A DNA stretch of 64,000 nt from Chlorokybus atmophyticus (lineage: Eukaryota > Plantae > Mesostigma and Chlorokybus algae). Numbering within the stretch: position 1 is the stretch's first letter; each line of letters begins with the position of its first letter. The stretch covers positions 13,742 to 77,741 of the forward strand of contig RHPI01002568.1 of the NCBI GenBank assembly GCA_009103225.1. The letters are read 5' to 3'. The notes beneath the pieces were generated by a model. The model was not told where the DNA came from. It did no database searches and saw only the letters and a list, made by a program, of their open reading frames with translations. The translations under genes were made by a program, and so were the position numbers. Of the stretch, positions 23,833 to 35,561 are shown piece by piece.

Positions 23833-25312
23833 GAGTGGACCGACCAGATTCGGCAAGTGCTTCGTGAAGACACGGAGGGTATGAAAGTGTTGCAAGAGCT
23901 GAAAAATACAGCTACGGACACAAGTGGGCACTGGTCAATGCGCGACGGGCTGCTGTGGCACCATGGGCGCTTGTACATCCCCAACGTCGCGCATATCTGT
24001 GTGAAGTTGCTGAAGGAAGCTCATGACGTGCCCATTGCTGGTCACCAAGGGTTGGAAAGGACTTTAGCAAGCTTAAAACATCGTTTTTATTGGCGAGAGA
24101 TGCATCGCGATGTGCGCGACTACGTGGCATTGTGCGACGCATGCCAAAGGGTGAAGGCAAGCAACCAAAAGCCAGGTGGGTTGCTGCAACCTCTCCCTGT
24201 GCCATTGTCCAAGTGGGAGCAAGTTACCATGGACTTTATCACGGGGCTACCAAAGACAAAAGAAGGGTACGACGCTATACTTGTGTTCGTCGATAAAACC
24301 AGCAAAATGGTACGCTTGGCACCGTGTAGTGAGTCTTGCACGGCACCGGAGGCAGCACGCTTTTTCGTTCGTGAAGCATGTATTTCGTTCTCATGGATTA
24401 CCACGAAGCATTGTGAGTGATCGCGACCCGCGCTTTACAAGTAAGTTTTGGGAGGCGCTGCATAGTGCACTGGGTACCACACTGAAGTTTAGCACGGCAT
24501 TCCACCCGCAAACTGATGGGCAAACGGAGCGGGCCAACCGTGTGATCGAGGACATGCTGCGTTGCTACGTTAACGCGCGACAAGACAATTGGGAGGAGCT
24601 GCTTGAGTTGGTTGAGTTTGCGATCAACAACCACCACAATGCAAGCACAGGTGTCACTCCCTTCCTTATGAACTACGGGCAACATCCATTGACACCGTTG
24701 ACGGCATGGACACCGCGACAACATGACGTGCGTGTGGAGGCAGCTAATGACTTCCTTACAAAGTGCGCGGACATTAACAAGGCAGCTAAGGATGCGTTAT
24801 TGGTGGCACAAAATCGGCAGAAGCAGTACGCGGACGCGCATCGCCGACACCTCACGTTTCAGGAAGGCGACATTGTGTTACTCTCCGCGAAGCACGTCCA
24901 GGTGCGTACGGGAGTTCGCAAGCTGAATGAACGCTGGTTGGGACCATTTAAGGTCAGCAAAGTTATCTCGGACGTGGCGTACAAGTTGGAGCTACCCGAC
25001 ACCATGCGTGTGCACCCCGTTTTTCACGTCTCCCTTCTGAAAGCATATCGAGGACAACCGCCAGAAAGGCCACCCCCCGAAGTTGGCACGGACGGTGAAC
25101 CCGAGTGGGAGGTAAAAGACATCCTTGGTGAGAAGTTTGTGCATGGCGTACGCAAGTTCTTAGTGAAATGGAAGGGCTATCCGTTGCATGAAGCATCCTG
25201 GGAGCCAGAGGCACACTTGACTAATGCTCAAGACGTTGTGCATGCCTATCTTGCTCGACGACACCCTCGCGAGCTTCGAGGACGAAGCTCACCTGGGGGG
25301 GGAGGAGTGTAA
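23833..25312 (+). pseudogene. pol: Integrase (HHCC + DDE) with C-terminal chromodomain; frameshift at ~24380
   Basis: EAHDVPIAGHQG..CDACQR, MDFITGLP, IVSDRDPRF, HPQTDGQTERANR, WLGPFKV, VHPVFHVSLLK, and EWEVKDILG..FLVKWKGY..SWEP. Confidence 0.93.
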
Positions 25313-25978
25313 CAGTTAAGGCCAAATTCTGTGATTTCATGGCCGTTTTAGGCCTTATTTGTAAGGTACATGTTTTTAATGACTTGTGGCGGATATCGGC
25401 GAGTTATGAGTCTGCCGCGGATATCGACCGGGGCCCCAAGACCAGTCCGGAAGGTGCCAGAAAACGGAGGGCCAGTCGAGAAGGGCTCGACCAGATTTCT
25501 GGAAGGGCCTGGCGCCAAGTAGTATAACTTGACCATATGAGCAGCAAATTAGGAGATCTTTGGTGCGTTGGAAAGGTCTAGAAGTGTACTACAAGATTCT
25601 GCAAGAATATCTTAGCTTCTAGTTCCGTCTAGCGCTAGAATCGTCTAGACAGTAGCATGTGCAGACTGGTAGGTATAAAAGTGACATTCTACAACTTGCA
25701 ATACAACCTTTAGCTCCCTAGCTTCTGGTGTGCAAGCTTGGTGGTGGTTAGCAGGGGTTGCTAGAGTGTGGCCACTGGTGTGTACTTGCTTGTGTGACGA
25801 TCCAAGGCGCTACACAAGTCGGTGTGTAGCTTCGAGCGCATGCGCGTGCATACGCGAGTGGCGGGGCGCGTGTGTGTGTTTGGCAGAGGGGGCAAGGTTC
25901 CGGTGTGAATACTGTGCCTTGGTGAGAAGGTTGTGGATTGGACCATCTCACAGGTAGCAAGGCACGAGCACCGTCACA
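25308..25978 (+). repeat. Chromovirus LTR 2 (671 bp)
   Basis: Same LTR as 22613, preceded by PPT 25295-25307; the 3' half is more diverged. Confidence 0.97.
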
Positions 25979-27296
25979 ATTCCATTCCATCGCAAATTTA
26001 CTGGGATGCATAGGTTCGGGGGGGTTTTACATAAAATAAACTATATGATTTTCCGGCGCTCGTCATGAACAAATCGGAGCACTACGGTGTACGCAGATCA
26101 TGCAAATGTAGTGTATATTGGCATAATTTGCCTATACATACATACGTGATGTCAAGGTCCACATAAACCATATGCAGTAGATATAGTGTATGATACGTCA
26201 TGTTTAACATATACTACGGCATACACTTCACCTTTCAACGTGAAATATGTGCTGGCCTGGTCGGCGCAGCTCGCCCTCGTTGACGCTCGGCGCTCGGCGC
26301 TTCCCTCCGCCGACGCGCGGTTAGCCGCGCTGGCCGGCGGATCGCCGGTCGTGGGGCTCGTTTCCGGACAAACCCCGCCGTTCGCGACCTCGCGGGCTGC
26401 AGTGGAAACGACGGCCACCGAGGGGATGGAAGCGTGCGTTGGGTTTCACCAGCTTAGTGTCCCCCAATGCATTGCATCCGATTTATACCATGGTTGGTCC
26501 ATGTTGGCCTCCGGCCGCGAGCGAATCGCAACGCGAGCGGCGTGCATAAACTTCAGTCGCCACGTGGCGGCCGAACATTCAGACTGACAAAACGCTGTTT
26601 ATAATGCTAGGGACTGCAAGCGCGGTACTTTTTTCGCGCCGTACCTTTTCGTTCAGAGGCACGTTCCACGTGACCAATTGTTCGGCTGTTGTCCATGTTT
26701 GATGACGCAGTAACTATTGCGTGTATCATTTAGCGTTACATGGTAGAGTGGAGTAGTTAAAACGAGGGTGAGTAGTGGCGGCATGTCTTTGGGGTATGGG
26801 GCCTGCCCCGACCTAGTACCGCCAAAATCGCGGTCGTTTTAACCAGTAACTGTGCTGCAGTTGCACCGAGTCCCTAGCGATTGTAGGTCGCCGTTGGTCA
26901 GCAGTTGCCGCTGAGATAGTTTTTAGCATTATTAACGCATCTTTGTAATGATTGGCCATTTCGCTGCCTTTTTCAGCAACAGCTGTTGTCACCGTTGCGA
27001 TCCCATGTGATCAATCTCACGCGTGACCAAATGGTGGCCTAACGATGCAACTTTTTGTTTAGTTAAATCTTAACGATAAAGTAAATCAGGTTAGCATTAT
27101 TTTAGTGGTTGTAACCTCGGCATTACTTAACGAGTATCGCAGCACGTACCGTGGCATAAACATTACGTTGAATATCAAGTTTTGATACACTTAACTGCAG
27201 GTTGCTAACCAAATTGCACCATATTGCACCATACTGCAGCAGATGTAGTGAATATCTTTACTGGGAGGACGCGCGCACAGCGCGGAGAGGACGGTG

Positions 27297-27538
27297 GGAG
27301 GACACGCCTCCTAGGCGCTTTGTCCTCCGGGAAGATAAGTCATAAGATAAGTCGCGGCCCGCCCCAGGCGTTTTGCCTGGGGCCCGCTTATCTTGGGCGC
27401 GGACCCGCTTATGTTGGCCCGGCCTGCCGCGACTTCGAAAACGTTTTTAAGGTCGCGGTTCATTAACCGCGACACGGTCAGATCGTGTATCGTATCCGGT
27501 AAACACCTCGAGCACGCCCGTCACCTAATGACGCTAGT
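27297..27538. other. Cluster of GC-rich inverted repeats
   Basis: GGAGGACA/TGTCCTCC (27297-27328), GCCCCAGGC/GCCTGGGGC (27361-27383) nested in AAGATAAG/CTTATCTT, CCGCGAC/GTCGCGG (27427-27458), GTCGCGGTT/AACCGCGAC (27452-27473), and CGTCA/TGACG before CTAG 27534-27537. Confidence 0.75.
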
Positions 27539-27954
27539 CATCGTCACACGCAGCGCGCGGCCGTGACGCTGACGCTGGCGCTGACGCAAACTTTTAGCCA
27601 CATGGCAAGCAGCTACGTGGCTTACGCAGGCCACGGCGGCGACGGCGGCAGGTGGCGGCGGTGGGAGTTGCGGGCGACGGCGGCAGCCGGATGTTTGTAG
27701 AAGTGGCGATTAGCCAAGGGCGGAGGTGGTGGGTAGTGTGAGTGGTTAGCCCGCCATTGGCAACGTCCGCGACAACAGGGCACTGGCGGCAGTGACGGGG
27801 GCAGGCGCCTGCTAGAGGGCACGAGGTATGTCGCCAAGTTGTTTTAGCAAAAGCAGTCAAGGAGTCATGCAAGCGCATGCAAGGTGCTGTCTTAGCAACC
27901 TTGCTTAGTAGCAGATGGGACTAGGCTTAACAAAAGCCAGTACCCCTTGCCTAT

Positions 27955-28410
27955 ATAAAGCCTTTGTTTGCTCATTCATGTATTAACGTACTGGCACATT
28001 GTGTGCATGCCATAGATACTAAAGTTGAATCTTATGCGTGCCAATGTATGCACACGCACATTCAGCAGCCAAGCCAGCACATAGCTGCAAGTGCATACGA
28101 AACTTGCTTCCAACCATGTGCAGTGTTCAAGTCTAGCTTTGTCAATCAGGCTTTTATTGCTCACTGACTGCAAGTGCATATGAAGCTTGCTTCCACTTAT
28201 GTGCAGTGCAGTGTTTAAGTCTAGCTTTGTCATTAAGCCTTTGATTGCTCACTTACATACTGGCTTAAACATTGCCTGCATGCGATAGAGATCAAGTTGA
28301 AACTAACGCACTAATGCAAGTGCATGCACACAACAACCTAGCTTTGACATGGGCATTGAGCAGCCAAGCCAGCACATAGTTGCATGCAGCATACGAAGCT
28401 TGCTTCCAGA
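27955..28410. repeat. Degenerate tandem repeat (~280-290 bp unit with ~90 bp sub-repeat)
   Basis: GCAGCCAAGCCAGCACATAG at ~28065 and ~28358; CAGTGTTYAAGTCTAGCTTTGTCA at ~28121 and ~28209; AAGCCTTTG(T/A)TTGCTCA at ~27958 and ~28236. Confidence 0.7.
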
Positions 28411-28896
28411 TATGCACATTGTGACGCACACATGCGCAACGCATATGTGCATTATTAGCTGAACTGAATATATAGGCAGAGCTGCTTTAAGGCACCTTGT
28501 ATCAGACATACAATTGCAGTCTTTACCCCCCTCTCCCCTCCACCCCAATCCCATACGCCACCTACGCGCAGTGCCTGCAGTAGTGTACCAATTGTACCCA
28601 CACATAGTCGTAGCTTGCTTGCAGATACACTGTGATGCACGCATGCAATGTGCTAGTCATGCAGCGTCCAATGTCGCTTATGTGTATTCAGGCACAAACG
28701 TACACACGCACGCATGAACAGGCAGGCATGCATGGGCGCATTCTATTGGGGGTGTGAGTCATCGAACATGGAGGTTGATGGACAGATCGAGTTTGAAATG
28801 ACTTGCGTTATGAGTTGTGCAGCGGTGATGCAGGCGGTGGCGGTGGTGGCGGCGGGGGTGGAGGCGGGGGCGGGGGTGGGCTACTTAGCGGCGGGC

Positions 28897-29194
28897 NNNN
28901 NNNNNNNNNNNNNNNNNNNNNNNNNNNNNNNNNNNNNNNNNNNNNNNNNNNNNNNNNNNNNNNNNNNNNNNNNNNNNNNNNNNNNNNNNNNNNNNNNNNN
29001 NNNNNNNNNNNNNNNNNNNNNNNNNNNNNNNNNNNNNNNNNNNNNNNNNNNNNNNNNNNNNNNNNNNNNNNNNNNNNNNNNNNNNNNNNNNNNNNNNNNN
29101 NNNNNNNNNNNNNNNNNNNNNNNNNNNNNNNNNNNNNNNNNNNNNNNNNNNNNNNNNNNNNNNNNNNNNNNNNNNNNNNNNNNNNNNNNNNNNN
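28897..29194. other. Assembly gap (N run)
   Basis: Ns flanked by GGC-rich and (GT)n simple repeats. Confidence 0.99.
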
Positions 29195-29244
29195 TGGTGG
29201 GTGACGGCGACGGCGACGGCGGCAGCACGAGGCGCTGACTGGCG

Positions 29245-29283
<39 letters not shown>

Positions 29284-31750
29284 CTAGTATGGCTGGTAGT
29301 GTGGTTGTTAGTGGTTGTAGGGTGTTGCTTAGTTGGTTATTTGTAGAGCTCGAACAATGTTGGTAGAGTAGCAAGTAGATAGGTTGTGTGTTATATCAGC
29401 AAATTGTATGTTTTGGTAACAACATTATTCTGTTTATCTTTACTGCATTGCTACAAGTGCTGCTTGTGAGGGCAAATCACTATATGCTATGTGCGAAGTT
29501 GTATGAATTTAATGCAGCATATGGTATCATACCACTTGTATGGATATAATGGTCTTTACCACACATTGATATGGATTTTGCATGGAATGTTGTCAAGCAA
29601 TGGTGCATCGATCCCGTATGTATTCTGCATCAAATGAATAGTGAACAATATTGTGTTATGCTGTGAATATGATCTTTGCATGGAATTGATATGAAGTTGA
29701 TAATCACAGTGGTTTTCATATAAATACCGCAATGATTGACACCAATTCTGTATTGAATCAACGCACCCTCAAATTGGTGACGCAAGCAAAGCATGAAAAG
29801 CTACGAGATCAAGCCAGGACGAGACATGCGCTCACATCAACGTGAGTTGCTGCTTGCAGAGGCCATCCCATCACTCCATTCATTAATAACGTTTATGAAC
29901 TGGCATGCATGCAGAGCGCCAGCAGAGTTTCACAGCATGGTGTCAAGGAATCGAAGGAACACGATGCGACCCAATTCCACACGCTCTTACAATCATCATC
30001 ACAAGAAGTTTGAGTGGTTCCTCAACCATGATCCTGCTACAAGCTTGCCACGTGCTGCTCCAATTGATGACAGCCTAGCAGGGGAAGAGGGGGCTAAGTT
30101 GGCCATGCTTTCATGCAATGGGTAACATCCAACATGCCTGGTTATGACTATCCTCGCAAGGCCAAAGTGCTGGTACGTATATGATGGTATATCTTGGCAA
30201 CTGACATGTTGCTCATGTTGCTCATGTGAACGAATTATCATTGTCTGTGCAGAAACTAAGTATTGTGGATTTTTGCCACTCAATGTTGCAGAGTCATTAC
30301 GCTCATCAACAAGTCGGAGCCCGTGCAAACCTATCATTCACACCAGACCTTTGGGAGCGTGCTCAACTTGTCCAGCACGTCGGGTATCGGATGGTGTATC
30401 AAACCGCAAAAGATTCGGTTGCACAAAAAGGGCAACGGCCAGATTCTTCTGATAATCCGCAAGATGGCATTATAAACGTGACTTTCACCATTCAACAATG
30501 GCTTAGCCTAGCCACTAGCATGTTGGAAGATCCGTCCTTGTCTGCGTTGCGAGATCACTCCATGTTAACATGGCTTACGGGTTGCATTGGGCGCTCAACG
30601 GAAGGGAGAGCAGTCTACTTGCTGGACTTGTGTCCTCCACAAGTCGTGAAAAACATAGGTATGTAAACCCACCACGACTCTTGCACCTACACACGCTTGC
30701 ACACACACGCGCACATGGTGTTGATTACACGGTGCACATACACGCGCGCACACACACACACGCGCATGGTCTTAGTCACACGCTATGCTAGGTAGTGCTA
30801 GTGCTAGCTTTTTACAATATGTTGTCAACGCAGGTCCTTCACCATGCATACTTGTCTATGCGGTGCTGAGCGGAGGGAAGACACTTAAAAACGGTCAAGT
30901 TAGTTTCGCGGGTTGCATCCGTTCTAGAAATCATGTCGAGTGTCCACAAGGCTCCTTGGGACGCCTACTCTCACATCGATTTGCTATTAATGGTGAACGG
31001 TTTCCCGATCCATGTGTGAAAGATGAATGGAATAAGACCGCATTATGGTTTGGAGCTCAAGTAAGATGCATCGCATGGTGCAATGCTGCTCCACTCAGCA
31101 GCATGGCACATACAACACTTAGCGGTTGTTTCTCTTGTCAACAGCCGGACTAAACTATCTCGTACGAGCAGCACTACGAACCCATTAAGACCAGATGTAA
31201 GGCCTTGGGCATTGACATTAGAAAGTCACACACGCCTTCCGTGTAGCTGGAGCGCAATTCATGGACAACAGAGGCATCAATGAGAAGGTAAGCAGGTATC
31301 AGTTAGAATTCGAATACTGCACGCAAGTACTGTGCGCGCCGACACTGTGTTGTTACTGGAAATTGCACGAATGGGCAAATGGTGCTTTGAAGCTATGTAT
31401 AAAAGCTACATGAAGTTTTTTGATCCGGAAGGGTTGTTGGGTGCAGCCGGCTGGCCAGGCGCCGCCCAAAAAGACTTTGGACTCTTTTGGAGTGCGCGCT
31501 TCATGGTGGACGTTTCCATTGAGCTTATACATGTTGTGTTCCATTTCCTGCCAGTTCTTCAGCAAACTGTAAATGACATGGGTCCCAACGCCAAGACTTC
31601 GATGTTGAGTGTAACTGAACTGTTAGCATACCTAGGCAAAGTTGTGGTTCAAGATGCGGTGTCTGGGCTGGCAGCAGAGTATCCATCGCACCCTGTGCAT
31701 ACTCTGCTACTGTCATCTGCTACGTTCAGGTGTGTTAACCCCCTCCCCCC

Positions 31751-32683
31751 NNNNNNNNNNNNNNNNNNNNNNNNNNNNNNNNNNNNNNNNNNNNNNNNNN
31801 NNNNNNNNNNNNNNNNNNNNNNNNNNNNNNNNNNNNNNNNNNNNNNNNNNNNNNNNNNNNNNNNNNNNNNNNNNNNNNNNNNNNNNNNNNNNNNNNNNNN
31901 NNNNNNNNNNNNNNNNNNNNNNNNNNNNNNNNNNNNNNNNNNNNNNNNNNNNNNNNNNNNNNNNNNNNNNNNNNNNNNNNNNNNNNNNNNNNNNNNNNNN
32001 NNNNNNNNNNNNNNNNNNNNNNNNNNNNNNNNNNNNNNNNNNNNNNNNNNNNNNNNNNNNNNNNNNNNNNNNNNNNNNNNNNNNNNNNNNNNNNNNNNNN
32101 NNNNNNNNNNNNNNNNNNNNNNNNNNNNNNNNNNNNNNNNNNNNNNNNNNNNNNNNNNNNNNNNNNNNNNNNNNNNNNNNNNNNNNNNNNNNNNNNNNNN
32201 NNNNNNNNNNNNNNNNNNNNNNNNNNNNNNNNNNNNNNNNNNNNNNNNNNNNNNNNNNNNNNNNNNNNNNNNNNNNNNNNNNNNNNNNNNNNNNNNNNNN
32301 NNNNNNNNNNNNNNNNNNNNNNNNNNNNNNNNNNNNNNNNNNNNNNNNNNNNNNNNNNNNNNNNNNNNNNNNNNNNNNNNNNNNNNNNNNNNNNNNNNNN
32401 NNNNNNNNNNNNNNNNNNNNNNNNNNNNNNNNNNNNNNNNNNNNNNNNNNNNNNNNNNNNNNNNNNNNNNNNNNNNNNNNNNNNNNNNNNNNNNNNNNNN
32501 NNNNNNNNNNNNNNNNNNNNNNNNNNNNNNNNNNNNNNNNNNNNNNNNNNNNNNNNNNNNNNNNNNNNNNNNNNNNNNNNNNNNNNNNNNNNNNNNNNNN
32601 NNNNNNNNNNNNNNNNNNNNNNNNNNNNNNNNNNNNNNNNNNNNNNNNNNNNNNNNNNNNNNNNNNNNNNNNNNNNNNNNNNN
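31751..32683. other. Assembly gap (N run)
   Basis: 933 Ns inside the Crypton-like gene. Confidence 0.99.
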
Positions 32684-33072
32684 GTGCTTTTGTGCGCATG
32701 GTGCTAAGCACCATGCGCACAAAAGCACACCTGAGGCGCGCATATGTCAGTCAAACAGTGTACAAACTTGTGACTGCGTGCGTGCGCGCACGCATGTGTC
32801 CGCCAACGCGTGCGCATGCGTGAGCGTACGTTGCACCCGCATCTGAGCCAATGTGCGTATGTATCTGCGTGTGTGCTTGTGACAATGCGAATGCGTGTCG
32901 GCGTAGGCGTCGGCATGTGTCAGAGTCGGCCGGTGTCGGGGTCGGCACGTGGGCATCTGCATGTTTGCTTGCTTGCCGCACGCGCAGTGGTATGCATTAT
33001 TGAGCTAACAACCCGTCGCCCTGCAGTGTGCCCAAGCACAGCCAATCGGACACCCCCTGATGGCGTGGCACC

Positions 33073-33477
<405 letters not shown>

Positions 33478-34383
33478 NCAGTAAGCTTTGTATATATGCT
33501 TACAGCCCTGATGTGCAGTCATGTGCGTGTGTGCGCATACACATGCTGATGAGCGCATGCTGGTGGCGCGTGCACGCGTGTGCATACGTCTGCTGGTCCG
33601 TGTGCATGTGCGTCAGCGTCGTTGTGTATGAGTGCGTGCGTGTATGCTTGCGTGTGCGAACGTGCGCATGCGCGGCGGTGTCGGCATTAACTGTCACCAA
33701 TGCGTATGTGGGTCTTTGTCTGCCTGTGCGTGTGGGCGTCTACCTGTCTACTTCTAACCGTGCATGAAGTGATAACCCCTGCGGAGATGTTGCCGACCAG
33801 TCTTGCGTTGCTCGCAGATACAGCGAACCAGACAACCGCAACTGGTGTGGCAGCAAGTAAATGCACCCTGTGCCAGAGTCATTCGCTCTCTCATGCATTG
33901 AGGTTCGTATTTGACAACCTTCCTTTCATCGGCAGGCCCTTCAGGTGCTACAGGGAACAGATGCAGCACGTGCAATGATACGACAACAACGCCATCCACA
34001 CCACATAATGCTGCAACTTCTGCAGCGAACAGTAAGTTATTCATTGTTGCCAATGGTGCATTGATTGTCTAGTCTTCTTCAACTTTTTGCGCCGACTGAA
34101 GTTGTGTGTGTATCATGCGGTGTGCGAAGCTGCGGCACCGCCTGGTGTTCGACTAAGTAAGGAGCACAACACGTCTCCAGGCAATGCAAATGCACCAGCC
34201 TTAAATGGTTAGTTTTTAACAATGGCCATACACACTCCAGCATGGCACTTGCATACAAAGTGGTTGTGCGTGAGTATGCGTTCTACATGTGTATCAGCCG
34301 CAGGAGTTTGATTGATTTCTCGACAACTGCACAGGTGTGCACACAGGTACACCAAGTGAGCACAACATGTCTCCAGTTACTGC

Positions 34384-34456
34384 ACCAGCTGCAAATGGTA
34401 ACTTACCATTTGCAGCTGGTTGCTCTGATTAGAACTTGAAGTTCTAATCAGAGCAA
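34384..34456. repeat. Two abutting perfect palindromes (18-bp arms, 1-nt centre each)
   Basis: ACCAGCTGCAAATGGTAA-C-TTACCATTTGCAGCTGGT (34384-34420) and TTGCTCTGATTAGAACTT-G-AAGTTCTAATCAGAGCAA (34420-34456). Confidence 0.95.
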
Positions 34457-35561
34457 TCTCAACTAGTGGCATGCATTCTTGGTTGTGTGTAAGGACGGTG
34501 GTTGTAGTTTTTGATCAGTTACAGGTGTTCGTGTTATCAATTGCGATCGTCAACTGCGCAGGTGTGCGTGCTGGCCAACCAAGCGGGGAGCACAACACGC
34601 CTTCAGCTACTGCACCAGCTGCAAGTGGTACGTTTTTGAGACGAAGGACAATGGCCAATGCGCTAGCATGCAGTCCGAATCTAGCAAATATATCAAATGC
34701 ATGTGTAAACTGCACAGGCGTGCGCGCACATGCAGAGCCTTGCGACCTGGTGCATCCAAGTCCTTCAAAGCATCCCTTGATGCGACCATTTGCGGGCATG
34801 ATACCCCGCTCTTTTGTGCAGTTTCCGCCGCCTGGTTGGGACTATGGGTTTTCTGCATATTTCGGACAACCGGCAATGCAAGCAACACCTGTGCATGACG
34901 GGCACAACACCGGAGCCACCACATAGGCACCCATGGCAGCAGTTCCGCTGACGACAACAGCGAGTGCAAGCACAGCATGTCTATTCCCAAAGCTTGGTAC
35001 TCTAAAGAGCATGGAGCGGTTGTATCGGCTTACTGAATACGGTGATGACTTCAATGGTATTAAGCCGCTAGACAAGCTGAGCGCTGAAGAGCGAAAAAAG
35101 TTTGATCGCCATCACTTTCACGAGCTGAAATGTGCTTATGAAGTGCTGCAACATCGTGCTCAAGAGCAGCAGGTAAAGACTGGTCAGCTAGTAACACCCA
35201 CGAAGATTGCGCGCCAGTTAGACGCTGCTCGTATAGCGGATCCCGCTAATGTCATCACCGTTGCAACATGTGTTAAAAAGTTGAACTTGGAGCGTGTAGG
35301 TTTTGATAAGGGCAAGAAGTGAGCCTTTGAGAGCTTGTGAGACACCAGCCTTTATACATGTACAAATATTATGCATGCGAGGGACCTAAGCGTCATTGCA
35401 CATGCACACAACATAGCTCCTAGTACAGTCGCAAATGCAACGGCACTGCACTCGGTCACATGTTAAAGGCTTATTATGTGACGTCACACCCCACTCGCAG
35501 CTTGCTGACTCTCACTCAACAAACCAATACGCAGATCTCAAAAACCAAGTAATAGTGAAAC

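Larger units (their letters stand above)
22306..25978 (+). mobile_element. Ty3/Gypsy chromovirus, tandem shared-LTR array of an internally deleted element
   Basis: Order: [IN tail-chromodomain-PPT 22306-22612]-LTR-PBS-gag(5' part)/IN-chromodomain-PPT-LTR. PR, RT and RH are absent. The left end is truncated and there is no TSD pair. Confidence 0.92.

Noticed and set aside
31332-32846. 300-500 aa ORFs spanning X runs (also 28714-29374)
   Set aside because: They are open only because of N gaps.
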